This document shows, piece after piece, positions 23,606-34,040 of a stretch of 64,000 nt of DNA. This DNA is from Desulfobacterales bacterium. Its GTDB lineage: Bacteria; Desulfobacterota; Desulfobulbia; Desulfobulbales; BM004. Where the stretch lies: assembly GCA_021647905.1 (NCBI GenBank), contig JAKITW010000006.1, positions 30-64,029 of the forward strand, read 5' to 3'. The position numbers and the translations under genes are program-made. The notes below the pieces were generated by a model. That model ran no database searches, was not told where the DNA came from, and saw only the letters and a program-made list of their open reading frames with translations. Within the stretch, counting starts at the first letter, position 1; the number at the start of each line of letters is the position of its first letter.

Positions 23606-23941
23606 ATGGGTCAAGGTATGAATTATTTGAAGATCAACGACCAGGTTGAGGTCATTGCCGGTAAGGACAGGGGCCGGGTCGGCAAGATTCTCAGGGTCTA
23701 TAGGAATAAGGATCGAGCCCTGGTCGAACGGAGCAATATGATCAAGCGGCACATGAAGCCCTCGGCCGCCAATCAGCAGGGTCAGATTGTTGAGAAAGAG
23801 GCGCCGATCCATGTCTCGAACCTGATGCTGGTGTGCCCGAAATGCACAAAAACGGTTCGCATCAGGAAAAACACCCTGGATGACGGCACCAAGGTGCGGA
23901 TCTGCAAGAGCTGCGATGAGATTATCGAGCCCAAGGCGTAA
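23606..23941 (+). CDS. rplX: 50S ribosomal protein L24
   Basis: ORF 23588..23941. ATG23606 lies 8 nt after GGGAGG (ATG23618 is an alternative). KOW motif [20 protein letters not shown]-terminal CxxC...CxxC. Confidence 0.92.
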   Translation: MGQGMNYLKINDQVEVIAGKDRGRVGKILRVYRNKDRALVERSNMIKRHMKPSAANQQGQIVEKEAPIHVSNLMLVCPKCTKTVRIRKNTLDDGTKVRICKSCDEIIEPKA

Positions 23942-23975
23942 TTGAAGCCCCTGGGCGATTTGGAGGTTTTTTTCA

Positions 23976-24515
23976 ATGTCGGGCATAAAGGAATTTTACC
24001 AGAAAGAGTGTGTGCCGCAACTGATGGAAGAGTTCGGCTACAAGAATATCATGCAGGTGCCGCGGGTGACCAAGGTTGTCCTCAACATGGGGCTTGGCGA
24101 GGCGGTCCAGAACCCGAAGATCGTTGACGTGGCCGCGGAGGAACTGAGCCGGATCGCCGGTCAGAAGGCGGTGGTTACCAGGGCCAAGAAGTCCATTGCC
24201 GGGTTCAAGCTCCGCCAGGGGATGCCGATCGGCTGCCGGGTCACCCTGCGCAGTGAGCGGATGTATGATTTTTTCAGCAAGCTGGTGCATATCGCCCTGC
24301 CCCGGGTGCGTGACTTCCGGGGGATGTCGCCGGCCATGTTCGACGGCAGAGGCAACTTCTCCATGGGGATCACCGAGCATATCATCTTTCCGGAGATCGA
24401 CTACGACAGGATCGACAAGATCCGGGGGTTGAACATTTCCATTGCCACCAGTGCCAGGAGCGATGCCGAGGGCCGCTTTCTCCTCAAGGTGATGGGGATG
24501 CCGTTTCGGAAGTAA
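23976..24515 (+). CDS. rplE: 50S ribosomal protein L5
   Basis: 179 aa. [16 protein letters not shown]...[11 protein letters not shown]...RGLNISI. Confidence 0.97.
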   Translation: MSGIKEFYQKECVPQLMEEFGYKNIMQVPRVTKVVLNMGLGEAVQNPKIVDVAAEELSRIAGQKAVVTRAKKSIAGFKLRQGMPIGCRVTLRSERMYDFFSKLVHIALPRVRDFRGMSPAMFDGRGNFSMGITEHIIFPEIDYDRIDKIRGLNISIATSARSDAEGRFLLKVMGMPFRK

Positions 24516-24581
24516 GGAAGGTGGCGCACCAGTGACGACGGGCAAAATCAAGAAGAATCCAATCAGCCAAGGGAGGACGAG

Positions 24582-24767
24582 TTGGCTAAGAAATCATTGA
24601 TCGCAAAAAGTAAACGGCAGCCGAAATTCCAGGTTCGTGCATATAACCGGTGTCCCCTCTGCGGCCGGCCGCGGGCCTTTATCCGGAAGTTCGGTGTCTG
24701 CCGGATCTGTTTTCGGAGCCTGGTTTCCAGGGGCGAGGTTACCGGGGTGACCAAGTCCAGCTGGTAA
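24582..24767 (+). CDS. rpsZ: 30S ribosomal protein S14 type Z (Zn-binding, 61 aa)
   Basis: [45 protein letters not shown], with CxxC...CxxC. Confidence 0.96.
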   Translation: MAKKSLIAKSKRQPKFQVRAYNRCPLCGRPRAFIRKFGVCRICFRSLVSRGEVTGVTKSSW

Positions 24768-24897
24768 TTCAAGTGAATGAGCGGATTCCCGGGTGTCCCG
24801 GCGAAGAAGAACCGAATCCGGGCCGGGCATGATCGGAAAAACCGGGCCCGGCGGGGTGAGATTCAACAACCAAATTTAGACAAGGAGTACAGTCTGG

Positions 24898-25296
24898 ATG
24901 TCGATGAGCGATCCCCTGGCAGATATGCTGACCAGGATCAGAAATGGTGGAATGGCACGCTTCGACACGGTGAATATGCCGCTGTCGAAGCTGAAGGTCA
25001 ATGTGGCCAAGGTGCTTAAGGATGAAGGCTACATCAGTGACTATAGTGTTCTCAGGGAGGGTCCCCAGGGGACTCTGCGGATCGATCTGAAGTACGGCCC
25101 GAACGATGAGAAGGTCATTACCGGAATCCGGCGGGTCAGCAAGCCCGGGCTGCGGGTTTATGTGCAGGCCGATGCGATCCCCAGGGTGCTGAACGGGCTC
25201 GGGATAGCGATCCTTTCCACCTCGAACGGGGTGATCACCGACCGCGAGGCCCGGCGTCTCCGGGTGGGCGGCGAGGTTCTCTGCGAGACCTGGTAA
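24898..25296 (+). CDS. rpsH: 30S ribosomal protein S8
   Basis: 132 aa. [17 protein letters not shown]. Confidence 0.97.
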   Translation: MSMSDPLADMLTRIRNGGMARFDTVNMPLSKLKVNVAKVLKDEGYISDYSVLREGPQGTLRIDLKYGPNDEKVITGIRRVSKPGLRVYVQADAIPRVLNGLGIAILSTSNGVITDREARRLRVGGEVLCETW

Positions 25297-25409
25297 CGGA
25301 ACCGGAACCGGCTTGAGTAACTGTGTGCATGGCTCCCCGGCCGCTGGAGACGACTGACTTTTGTCGTTGGCCGGCGAAACGGGATTTGCCGCAAAGATTG
25401 GAGGAATAG

Positions 25410-25949
25410 ATGTCCAGAATAGGCAATAAACCGATTCCGCTACCCAAGGGTGTCTCGGTCGATATCCAGGGCGCCAGGGTGACGGTAAAGGGTCCCAAGG
25501 GCACCCTTGAGCGTGAAATCCGGCCCGAGGTGAGCCTGGCTCTCGAGGACGGCCACCTGGTTTTGAATACCAGTGATACCGGCCGGGTGACCATGGCGAT
25601 GAAGGGTCTGACCCGCTCTCTGGTCAACAACATGGTCGTCGGGGTCGGGCAAGGGTTTCAGAAGAGGTTGTTGATCGAAGGGGTCGGATACAAGGCCGAG
25701 GTTGACAAGGCAACGCTCAAGCTCAATGTCGGCTACTCTTCGCCGGTCATTTTTGAACTGCCCGAAGGGGTGGCGGCCTCGGTTGACAAAAAAAACACGA
25801 TTACCATCAAGGGAATCGACAAGGAACTGATCGGCCAGACCGCGGCCAGGATTCGGGCGGTGCGTAAGCCCGAGCCCTATAAGGGCAAGGGCATCAGGTA
25901 CGAGGGCGAGTATATCGCCCGCAAGGTCGGCAAGTCCGGGGCCAAATAA
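25410..25949 (+). CDS. rplF: 50S ribosomal protein L6
   Basis: 179 aa. MSRIGNKPIPLPKGV...PEPYKGKGIRY. Confidence 0.97.
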   Translation: MSRIGNKPIPLPKGVSVDIQGARVTVKGPKGTLEREIRPEVSLALEDGHLVLNTSDTGRVTMAMKGLTRSLVNNMVVGVGQGFQKRLLIEGVGYKAEVDKATLKLNVGYSSPVIFELPEGVAASVDKKNTITIKGIDKELIGQTAARIRAVRKPEPYKGKGIRYEGEYIARKVGKSGAK

Positions 25950-26034
25950 GGCCCGCCGGGGCCGCGGCGCGGGCATGGTCCGCTAACGGCATTTTTCAAC
26001 AGATGCTTGCTTAAAGAGCAACAGGAAAACGGTA

Positions 26035-26400
26035 ATGGCAAAAACAGACTCTACGGTTATTGCGCGGCGGAAGCGTATCAGGCGGATCAGGAAAAAGATC
26101 ACCGGCACCTCGGAGCGACCGAGACTGCGTGTTTTTCGCAGCGCCAGGCATATCTATGCCCAGATTATTGACGACGCCCGGGGCAACACCCTGGTGGCCA
26201 TGTCCTCCTTGAACAAAGAGGTGGCGGGCGAGGAAACCAAGGGTAAATGCGGCCGGGCCCATCAGGTGGGCAAGTTGCTGGCTGAAAAGGCCAAGGCCGC
26301 CGGGATCACCGCGGTTGTCTTTGACCGGGGCGGATACATCTATCATGGCCGGGTCAAGGCGCTCTCCGAGGGCGCCCGGGCCGGCGGCCTGGAGTTCTAG
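26035..26400 (+). CDS. rplR: 50S ribosomal protein L18
   Basis: 121 aa. [20 protein letters not shown]...[28 protein letters not shown]. Confidence 0.97.
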   Translation: MAKTDSTVIARRKRIRRIRKKITGTSERPRLRVFRSARHIYAQIIDDARGNTLVAMSSLNKEVAGEETKGKCGRAHQVGKLLAEKAKAAGITAVVFDRGGYIYHGRVKALSEGARAGGLEF

Positions 26401-26450
26401 TTCCGCCGGGACGTGGAATAAACATAATTCAAGGATTTTGGGGGTGTGCT

Positions 26451-26963
26451 TTGGCAGACTTTAAGCAAGGGAAGAGCGATACCGCGTCCGACCTGATTGA
26501 AAAGATCGTCTATATCAACCGGGTGGCCAAGGTGGTCAAGGGTGGCCGGCGTTTCAGCTTCAGCGCCATCGTGGTCATTGGTGACGGCAAGGGCAAGGTC
26601 GGCTACGGCCTGGGCAAGGCCAACCAGGTGCCCGAGGCGATTCGCAAGGGGGTTGAGCGGGCGCGCAAGGATATGCGTCCGGTGGCCCTGACCGAGACCA
26701 GTATTCCGCACGAGATCAAGGGCAAGTTCGGCGCCGGCCTGGTGCTGTTGAAGCCGGCCTCCGAGGGTACCGGGGTGATTGCCGGCGGCGGGGTCCGGGC
26801 CGTGCTGGAGGCGGCCGGGGTCCAGAACGTGCTGACCAAGTGTATCGGCTCCCACAATCCCCACAACCTGGTCAAGGCGACCCTTGACGGGCTGCGCAAC
26901 CTGCGCAGCGCCGAACGGGTCGCTGCCCTGCGCGGCAAGACCGTGGAAGAGATTCTCGCCTAG
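26451..26963 (+). CDS. rpsE: 30S ribosomal protein S5
   Basis: 170 aa, TTG start. [36 protein letters not shown]. Confidence 0.96.
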   Translation: MADFKQGKSDTASDLIEKIVYINRVAKVVKGGRRFSFSAIVVIGDGKGKVGYGLGKANQVPEAIRKGVERARKDMRPVALTETSIPHEIKGKFGAGLVLLKPASEGTGVIAGGGVRAVLEAAGVQNVLTKCIGSHNPHNLVKATLDGLRNLRSAERVAALRGKTVEEILA

Positions 26964-27064
26964 CAGCCGGTTATCCGCGCCATTGATCGTGGTACCAGGT
27001 TGCCAGGGCGGGCGGACAGGCCCGGCAAGACAAGACAAGAACACGTTGAATAAGGTTTGAGAAA

Positions 27065-27247
27065 ATGGGAAACACTTTGCGCTTTACCTTGAGCAAGAGC
27101 ATGATCGGCAGCACCAGGAAGGTGCGCGCCACCTTGACCGGCCTGGGGTTGACGCGGCGGCAGAAGACAGTGGTCCGCAAGGATACGCCGGAGATAAGAG
27201 GAATGCTGCGCAAGGTCCAGCACCTTGTGACCGTTGAGGAGGAATAG
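27065..27247 (+). CDS. rpmD: 50S ribosomal protein L30
   Basis: 60 aa. LRFTLSKSMIGSTRKVRATLTGLGL... Confidence 0.93.
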   Translation: MGNTLRFTLSKSMIGSTRKVRATLTGLGLTRRQKTVVRKDTPEIRGMLRKVQHLVTVEEE

Positions 27248-27249
27248 AG

Positions 27250-27693
27250 ATGTTGTCCTTGAGTAATCTGTCGCCGAACCCGGCGGCGCGTAAACAGAGA
27301 AAACGGTTGGGCCGCGGCCAGGGTACCGGGCATGGCAAGACCGCCGGCCGCGGGCATAAGGGGGCCAACTCCCGCTCCGGCCGTGGGGTGCGGATGGGTT
27401 TCGAGGGTGGCCAGATGCCGCTGCAGCGGCGACTTCCCAAGCGTGGCTTTACCAATATTTTCAAAAAGGTCTATGCCATCGTCTCCCTGAGCGATCTGGA
27501 CCGTTTCGAGGCGGGCGCCACCGTGGACCGGGACGCGCTGGTCAAGGCCGGTCTGATCAAGAAGAATACGACCCTGGTCAAGGTGCTGGCCAACGGTGAG
27601 ATCACCAGATCGGTCAGGGTTGCCGTGGACAAGGTAAGTCAGGCTGCCCGGGACAAGATCGAGGCGGCCGGCGGAACGGTGGTGGTCGATTAG
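27250..27693 (+). CDS. rplO: 50S ribosomal protein L15
   Basis: 147 aa. RKRLGRGQGTGHGKTAGRGHKG...GFEGGQMPLQRRLPKRGF. Confidence 0.97.
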   Translation: MLSLSNLSPNPAARKQRKRLGRGQGTGHGKTAGRGHKGANSRSGRGVRMGFEGGQMPLQRRLPKRGFTNIFKKVYAIVSLSDLDRFEAGATVDRDALVKAGLIKKNTTLVKVLANGEITRSVRVAVDKVSQAARDKIEAAGGTVVVD

Positions 27694-29004
27694 ATGATCG
27701 GCAGCGGATTCAAAAACACGGCGAATATCCCCGAGCTTCGGCGCCGGGTGATCTTCACCCTGCTGATGCTCGCCGTGTACCGGGTCGGGGTGCAGATCCC
27801 CACCCCGGGAATCAACGGCGAGGCCCTGGCGGCATTTTTCGCCAAGAACGCTGACACCATTTTCGGCATGTTCAACATGTTCTCGGGCGGGGCCCTGGAG
27901 AACTTCTCCATCTTTGCCCTGGGGATCATGCCCTACATCAGCGCCTCGATCATTATCCAGCTCCTGACCGTGGTGATCCCGCAGCTCGAGGCCTGGAAAA
28001 AGGAGGGCGAATCCGGCCGGCGCAAGATCACCAAGTACACCCGCTACGGCACGGTGGGACTGAGCCTGGTCCAGGGCCTTTTCATCAGTGTCGGCCTGGA
28101 GGGGATGACCGGCCCGGGCGGCGAGGCCATTGTGCTTTACCCGGGCTGGCCGTTCAAGCTGATGACCATCATCACCCTGACCTCGGGCACCGCCTTTATC
28201 ATGTGGCTGGGCGAGCAGATGACCGAGCGGGGGATCGGCAACGGGATTTCGCTGATCATCTTTGCCGGGATCGTGGCCCGGATGCCGGCCGCGATCGTCA
28301 ATACCTTTCAACAGGTCAGCATGGGCGAGCGGGCCCTGGTTTTTATCCCGATTCTGCTGGTGATGATGTTGGCGGTGGTCGGGCTGATCATCTTTTTTGA
28401 AACCGCGCAGCGGAAGATTCCGATCCAGTACGCCAAGCGGGTGGTCGGCCGGCGGGTCTACGGCGGCCAGAGTTCGCACCTGCCGTTGAAGATCAATGTC
28501 GCCGGGGTGATCCCGCCGATTTTTGCCTCCTCGCTGATGGTCTTCCCGGCCACGGTGGGCGGCCTGATCCAGGTTGACTGGGTGCAGCGGATAGCGGCCA
28601 TGCTCTCGCCCGGGACCATTTATTATTACGTGCCCTATGTGGCCCTGATTGTCTTTTTCTGTTTTTTCTATACCGCGGTCACCTTCAACCCGGTTGATGT
28701 CTCGGAGAACCTGAAGAAAAACGGCGGGTTTATTCCGGGGATCCGGCCGGGCAAGAAAACCGCTGATTTTATCGACAAGGCCCTGACCAGGCTGACGGTG
28801 ATCGGGGCGATCTACGTCAGCGCGGTCTGCGTGCTGCCCACGGTGTTGATCAAGGATTTTAACGTGCCCTTTTATTTTGGCGGCACCGCCCTGCTGATCG
28901 TGGTCGGGGTGGCCATTGACACCATTGCCCAGGTTGAGTCGCATCTGGTGATGCGGAACTATGAAGGTTTTGTCAAGAAGGGCAGGGTCAAGGGCAGGCG
29001 GTAA
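27694..29004 (+). CDS. secY: preprotein translocase subunit SecY
   Basis: 436 aa, multi-TM. IPELRRRVIFTLLMLAVYRVGVQIPTPGI, FSGGALENFSIFALGIMPYISASII. Confidence 0.98.
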   Translation: MIGSGFKNTANIPELRRRVIFTLLMLAVYRVGVQIPTPGINGEALAAFFAKNADTIFGMFNMFSGGALENFSIFALGIMPYISASIIIQLLTVVIPQLEAWKKEGESGRRKITKYTRYGTVGLSLVQGLFISVGLEGMTGPGGEAIVLYPGWPFKLMTIITLTSGTAFIMWLGEQMTERGIGNGISLIIFAGIVARMPAAIVNTFQQVSMGERALVFIPILLVMMLAVVGLIIFFETAQRKIPIQYAKRVVGRRVYGGQSSHLPLKINVAGVIPPIFASSLMVFPATVGGLIQVDWVQRIAAMLSPGTIYYYVPYVALIVFFCFFYTAVTFNPVDVSENLKKNGGFIPGIRPGKKTADFIDKALTRLTVIGAIYVSAVCVLPTVLIKDFNVPFYFGGTALLIVVGVAIDTIAQVESHLVMRNYEGFVKKGRVKGRR

Positions 29005-29079
29005 CGGATTTAAGATAGAAGGTTGCCAGCGGGCGGGCCGAAAAGATTAAAAGGGAATGTGAGGCGTTGCGGGGCATTG

Positions 29080-29880
29080 ATGAGCAGGAGTAAGGCGGCC
29101 TCCACAGCCAAGAGCATAACCCTGAAGAGTCCGGCCGAGCTGGCGATCATGGGCGAGGCCAACACCATTGTGGCCGAGACCCTGAACATGCTGGCGGAGG
29201 CGATACGGCCCGGACAGTCCACCTGGCACCTGGATCGGCTGGCCGAGTCCTTTGCCCGGGAGCGGGGTGCCAGGCCCGCCTTTAAGGGGTACCACGGTTT
29301 TCCCGGCAGTCTCTGCGTTTCGATTAACGAGCAGGTGGTGCACGGGATTCCCTCGAAAAAGGTGTTGGTCCGGGAGGGCGATATCGTCAGCATTGATTTT
29401 GGGGTCCTGTATAAGGGCTATTACGGCGATGCCGCGGTAACCCTGCCGGCGGGCGCGATTGATTCCCGGAAGAGCGATCTTCTCAAGGTTACCCGTGAGT
29501 CCCTGTACAAGGGGATTGAGGCGGTGCGGGTGGGAAACCGGGTGAGCGATATCTCCCGCGCGGTCCAGGGCCATGTCGAGTCCCGCGGTTTTTCAGTGGT
29601 CAGGCAGTTTGTCGGCCATGGAATCGGCACGGCCCTGCATGAGGCCCCGGAGATTCCCAATTTCGTTGCCAACACCGGCAGCCAGCGATTGCTGGCCGGG
29701 ATGGTGCTGGCCATCGAACCGATGGTCAACATGGGCGGCCATGAGGTGCGGGTGCTCAAGGACGGCTGGACGGTAATTGCCGCCGACCGGTTGCCGTCGG
29801 CCCATTTCGAACACTCGGTTGCGGTGACCGATGCCGGCCCGGTGATCCTGAGCAGGGCTGTCCGGGACGGACGGCGATGA
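29080..29880 (+). CDS. map: type I methionyl aminopeptidase
   Basis: ORF 29023..29880. ATG29080 gives a 266-aa product. ICVSINEQVVHGIP, DIVSIDFGV..YYGD, GHGIG...HE, VLAIEPM, EHSV metal-ligand motifs. Start uncertain. Confidence 0.9.
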   Translation: MSRSKAASTAKSITLKSPAELAIMGEANTIVAETLNMLAEAIRPGQSTWHLDRLAESFARERGARPAFKGYHGFPGSLCVSINEQVVHGIPSKKVLVREGDIVSIDFGVLYKGYYGDAAVTLPAGAIDSRKSDLLKVTRESLYKGIEAVRVGNRVSDISRAVQGHVESRGFSVVRQFVGHGIGTALHEAPEIPNFVANTGSQRLLAGMVLAIEPMVNMGGHEVRVLKDGWTVIAADRLPSAHFEHSVAVTDAGPVILSRAVRDGRR

Positions 29881-30010
29881 AAAAAACTGTTTTTTTCTTG
29901 CAAAGTAGGTTATAAAGTCTCGTTTCACGAGATGCGCGGTCAAGGGCTGCGTGCCGGCTGATCGGTTGGCCGGATTATTTTCAGGAAACCCACTACAGGG
30001 TAGGGACGGT

Positions 30011-30232
30011 ATGCCTAAAGAAGAAGCCATTCAGGTCGAAGGCACAATAGTCGAACCGCTGCCCAACGCCATGTTTCGGGTTGAACTCGAAAACGGCCAT
30101 AAGGTGCTTGCCCATATCTCCGGCAAGATGCGGATGCATTTTATTAAGATACTCCCCGGTGATCAGGTGACGGTCGAGTTGTCGCCCTATGATCTCAGCC
30201 GCGGCCGGATTACCTTCCGGGCCCGGAAATAG
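30011..30232 (+). CDS. infA: translation initiation factor IF-1
   Basis: ORF 29951..30232. ATG30011 gives [51 protein letters not shown] (73 aa), the canonical IF-1 length. Confidence 0.95.
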   Translation: MPKEEAIQVEGTIVEPLPNAMFRVELENGHKVLAHISGKMRMHFIKILPGDQVTVELSPYDLSRGRITFRARK

Positions 30233-30298
30233 CAAAACCGGTGGGCTTGGATACTTGAAAGAAGGCGAGCGGAACAATTCGCAGATACGGGTGATGGA

Positions 30299-30412
30299 AT
30301 GAAAGTAAGAACTTCGGTAAAGAAGATATGCAGCAGTTGCAAGGTCTTCAAGAGAAACGGAATCGTGCGGGTCACCTGCAAGGTTAAAAAGCACAAACAA
30401 CGTCAGGGATAA
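30299..30412 (+). CDS. rpmJ: 50S ribosomal protein L36 (Zn form)
   Basis: Absent from the ORF track. Manual translation gives [37 protein letters not shown] (37 aa). Lies between infA and rpsM. Confidence 0.93.
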   Translation: MKVRTSVKKICSSCKVFKRNGIVRVTCKVKKHKQRQG

Positions 30413-30461
30413 CCAGGCATTACCCTGGACGACTCGTGAGAATCAGTGGAGGAAGCGGATC

Positions 30462-30827
30462 TTGGCTAGAATAGCAGGCGTAGACTTGCCGAAGAACAAA
30501 CATATGGAAATCGCCCTGACCTATATCCACGGCATCGGGCGTAGTTCGGCAAAAAAGATATTGGATGAGGTGAACCTGCCCCACACCATCAACAGCGATG
30601 ATATCAGCGAAGTCGATGTGACCCGGATTCGGAAGATCATCGAGACCATGTACCTGGTGGAGGGTGATCGGCGGCGCGAGGTGTCAATGGATATCAAGCG
30701 GTTGATGGACGTCGGCTGCTACCGCGGCCTGCGTCATCGCAAGGGCCTGCCCTGCCGGGGGCAGCGGACCAAGACCAATGCCCGGACCCGGAAGGGGCCG
30801 CGGCGGGGACCGTCCGGACGGAAGTAA
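30462..30827 (+). CDS. rpsM: 30S ribosomal protein S13
   Basis: 121 aa, TTG start. [26 protein letters not shown]. Confidence 0.97.
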   Translation: MARIAGVDLPKNKHMEIALTYIHGIGRSSAKKILDEVNLPHTINSDDISEVDVTRIRKIIETMYLVEGDRRREVSMDIKRLMDVGCYRGLRHRKGLPCRGQRTKTNARTRKGPRRGPSGRK

Positions 30828-30911
30828 TCCGGTCCCGCCCCCGGGGTGGTTTTTTACCAGATATTGCACAGCAGCCCCGGCTTAGGGGGAAACGATACCG
30901 CAGGAGAGATA

Positions 30912-31310
30912 ATGGCTAGTCCGAAGAAAGGCGCGGGCGGGAAGAAGCGCAAGGAAAAGAAGAACGTGCCGGAAGGCGTGGTCTATATCCAGTCTACCTT
31001 TAACAATACCATCATTTCCATAGCCGACCGGCAGGGGAACATCATCTCCTGGTGCAGTTCCGGTTGTCTCGGGTTCAAGGGGTCGCGCAAGTCCACCCCG
31101 TTCGCCGCCCAGAACGCGGTGGCCGAGGCGGCCAGCAAGGCCCAGGCCCATGGAATGCGCAAGGTGGAGGTCCGGGTAAAAGGTCCGGGTCCGGGCCGGG
31201 AAGCCGCGCTGCGCGCCCTGCAGGTCGCTGGTTTTGATGTGAGCAGGATCACCGATGTGACCCCCTTGCCCCATAACGGTTGCAAGCCGCCCAAGAGAAG
31301 ACGGGTATAG
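30912..31310 (+). CDS. rpsK: 30S ribosomal protein S11
   Basis: ORF 30846..31310. ATG30912 follows [27 protein letters not shown]...[14 protein letters not shown]. Confidence 0.96.
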   Translation: MASPKKGAGGKKRKEKKNVPEGVVYIQSTFNNTIISIADRQGNIISWCSSGCLGFKGSRKSTPFAAQNAVAEAASKAQAHGMRKVEVRVKGPGPGREAALRALQVAGFDVSRITDVTPLPHNGCKPPKRRRV

Positions 31311-31528
31311 CCGGAATGTCCGGGCCCCGGTTGTCGGGGTGCGCGAAACGCCATCCCCGTAACCACAAGCTGTTTCGGTCTTTTTATTAACCCGGGCGGT
31401 ACAATTCAGAAATACGCCGAGAATATAAGCTTGCCGGGGTCACGGCCCGAGGCGGGCTTATATGTTTCCAGGCAAAGTGAAACAGGGCGAACCCTTAAGA
31501 TAAACGGTTTTTCCGATGGAGGTTTAAA

Positions 31529-32158
31529 TTGGCCAAGAATAAAGGTGCTTCCTGCAGGCAATGCAGACGCGAAAATCTTAAGCTGTTCCTGAAGGGAGAC
31601 AGATGTTATTCAGACCGGTGCTCCTATGAAAGACGCGCTTATGCACCGGGGCAGCACGGTCAGATGCGGTTCCGCAAGGTTTCCGACTACGCCATTCAGT
31701 TGCGGGAGAAACAGAAGGTGCGGCGGATCTACGGAATGCTGGAAGGGCAGTTCCGCCGATGTTTTCATGCCGCGGACCAGATGAAGGGCGTCACCGGGGT
31801 CAACCTGCTGGTCGGCCTGGAGCGGCGGCTTGACAATACCGTTTTCCGGCTGGGGTTTGCCGGTTCCCGGTCCCAGGCCCGGCAGATAGTCCGCCACAAC
31901 CATATCCTGGTGAACGGTAAAAAGGTCAATATCCCCTCTTTTCTGATTTCAGCGGGCGATGTGATTTCCCTGAGGGAGAAGAGCCGCAAGAACCAGGCGA
32001 TCATCGATAACCTGGAGGCGGTGACCCGGCGCGGCGTGCCCGCTTGGCTCGAGCTTGACAAGGATAACTTCCAGGGATCGGTAAAGGCCATGCCCGACCG
32101 CGAAGAGATCACCATGCCGATCCAGGAACAGTTGATTGTCGAGCTTTATTCGAAGTAA
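31529..32158 (+). CDS. rpsD: 30S ribosomal protein S4
   Basis: 209 aa, TTG start after GGAGG. Zn-ribbon [18 protein letters not shown] and an S4 RNA-binding domain. Confidence 0.96.
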   Translation: MAKNKGASCRQCRRENLKLFLKGDRCYSDRCSYERRAYAPGQHGQMRFRKVSDYAIQLREKQKVRRIYGMLEGQFRRCFHAADQMKGVTGVNLLVGLERRLDNTVFRLGFAGSRSQARQIVRHNHILVNGKKVNIPSFLISAGDVISLREKSRKNQAIIDNLEAVTRRGVPAWLELDKDNFQGSVKAMPDREEITMPIQEQLIVELYSK

Positions 32159-32278
32159 CAACCCCTGTTGTATTGAAAAGAAAAAGTTGATCGCCGGCCG
32201 CGGCAAGGCCGCTTCCGACATCGGCCCCAGGTTTTGAGCGGGAAGCTGATAACCTCATTAAAGGGAAAACAAAGAGCC

Positions 32279-33334
32279 ATGACACAAGAACTGCAAGAAG
32301 AAGCTCCCTTTTATATGAACTGGCGCGACTTGATTCAGCCCGAGCGGTTGGATGTGGACAAGAAAACCCACAGCGACAGTTACGGCAAGTTTGTCTGCCA
32401 GCCCCTGGAGCGCGGTTTTGCCGTCACCATCGGCAACTCCCTGCGCCGGATCCTGATGTCCTCGATTCAGGGCGCCGCCATCACCTCGGTGAAGATCGAG
32501 GGAGCACTCCATGAGTTCACCACCATTACCGGGATCCTGGAGGACGTTACCGAGATCATCCTCAACCTGAAGGGCGTGCGGCTGAAGCTCAACGGCCCGG
32601 ACAACCGGACGGTCCGGATCGAGAAGTCCGGGGCCGGTCCGGTGATTGCCGGTGATATCATTGACGACGGCCGGGTTGAGGTGATGAACCCGGACACGCA
32701 TATCTGTACCATTACCGGCAAGGACACGGTTTTTTCGGCCGAGTTGGAGGTCGGTTGGGGCAAGGGCTATTCTCCGGCCGAGATGAACAAGAAAGAGGAG
32801 CATGCCATTGGCGTGATTCCCATTGACGCCATTTTTACCCCGATCAAGAAGGTCCAGTACATCGTTACCCAGGCCCGGGTCGGCCAGCAGACCGATTATG
32901 ACAAGCTGACCCTGGAGATCCATACCGATGGCAGCGTCAAGCCCGAGAATGCGCTGGCCTATGCAGCCAAGATCTTAAAAGAGCACATGACCATCTTTAT
33001 CAACTTTGATGAGGATAGCGCCGAGCCGGTGGTGGAGAAAACCGAAGAAGATGAAGCGCCGCCCCTGAATGAGAACCTGTACCGTACGGTTGAGGATCTC
33101 GAACTTTCAGTGCGGTCCGCCAACTGCCTGAAGAATGCCGATATCCACTACATCGGCCAACTGGTACAGCGGAGCGAGGCAGAGATGCTCAAGACCAAGA
33201 ACTTCGGGCGTAAGTCATTGAACGAGATAAAACATCTTCTGGCTGAGATGGAACTGGGCCTGAGCATGAAGATCGAGGGCTGGGAAGCCCCGACTCCGGC
33301 CGAGGACGGCCCGGCCGAAGAGGAAAACAGCTAA
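32279..33334 (+). CDS. rpoA: DNA-directed RNA polymerase subunit alpha
   Basis: ORF 32234..33334. ATG32279 chosen (start uncertain). [41 protein letters not shown]-terminal domain [14 protein letters not shown]. Confidence 0.96.
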   Translation: MTQELQEEAPFYMNWRDLIQPERLDVDKKTHSDSYGKFVCQPLERGFAVTIGNSLRRILMSSIQGAAITSVKIEGALHEFTTITGILEDVTEIILNLKGVRLKLNGPDNRTVRIEKSGAGPVIAGDIIDDGRVEVMNPDTHICTITGKDTVFSAELEVGWGKGYSPAEMNKKEEHAIGVIPIDAIFTPIKKVQYIVTQARVGQQTDYDKLTLEIHTDGSVKPENALAYAAKILKEHMTIFINFDEDSAEPVVEKTEEDEAPPLNENLYRTVEDLELSVRSANCLKNADIHYIGQLVQRSEAEMLKTKNFGRKSLNEIKHLLAEMELGLSMKIEGWEAPTPAEDGPAEEENS

Positions 33335-33348
33335 ACGAGGGATTATCG

Positions 33349-33732
33349 ATGAGGCACCGTAAGGCAGGAAACAGACTGGGACGCACCTCTTCCCATCGCA
33401 AGGCGATGATGAGAAATATGGTCACCTCCCTGTTGGAGCATGAGCGGATCGTGACCACCACGCCCAAGGCCAAGGAGTTGCGGAAACTGGCCGACCGGAT
33501 GATCACCCTGGCCAAACGGGGCGATCTCCACGCCCGGCGGCAGGCCCTGGCGGTGATCCGCGACAAGGCGGTGGTTGCCAAGCTGTTTGACGAACTGAAG
33601 GATGAGTATATGGACCGCAAGGGCGGCTATACCCGGATCATCCGGACCGGCACCCGGCCAGGCGATGCCGCCTCCATGGCGATCATTGAACTGGTCAACT
33701 ATAAAGAAGATGACGTCGAGGTAGACAACTAG
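33349..33732 (+). CDS. rplQ: 50S ribosomal protein L17
   Basis: 127 aa. [24 protein letters not shown]. Confidence 0.97.
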   Translation: MRHRKAGNRLGRTSSHRKAMMRNMVTSLLEHERIVTTTPKAKELRKLADRMITLAKRGDLHARRQALAVIRDKAVVAKLFDELKDEYMDRKGGYTRIIRTGTRPGDAASMAIIELVNYKEDDVEVDN

Positions 33733-33936
33733 TGTCTGTCCAGAAATGAGCAATTTCGTTCAAGATCAAGGACCGCGAAAAAAATAAGCGCAGGCATATA
33801 TGTGATATTCCGAGCATTATTTTTTGAGCATGACGCCGAGATTGGGCGAAAGGGCCATTTCTGGACGGGCACCAACTAGGAGCCTGTTCCGGACGGGCAT
33901 CGCCAGCAGGCGACGGCGTCCTGTCATATTGCAACA

Positions 33937-33973
33937 AGCCGGTATGAGCCCTTTCTTCATACCGGCTTTTTTG
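33937..33973 (+). terminator. rho-independent terminator
   Basis: AAGCCGGTATGA (33937-33948), 9-nt loop, TCATACCGGCTT (33958-33969), running into TTTTTT. A 12-bp perfect stem. Confidence 0.8.
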
Positions 33974-34040
33974 TTTGCCGCGGCAACGCCCATGGATCCA
34001 GGCCAGGAATAATGCACCAGGTTCCGGCACGGACTCGGTT

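Noticed and set aside
26971-28944. 657-aa minus-strand ORF opposite rpmD, rplO and secY
   Set aside because: Antisense shadow ORF with a highly biased His/Asp/Gly/Pro composition.
29881-29916. AAAAAACTGTTTTTTT plus TTGCAA/TATAAA as a terminator/promoter pair before infA
   Set aside because: The stem is A/T only with no GC clamp, and the TTGCAA-TATAAA spacing is only 7 nt. This is insufficient support.
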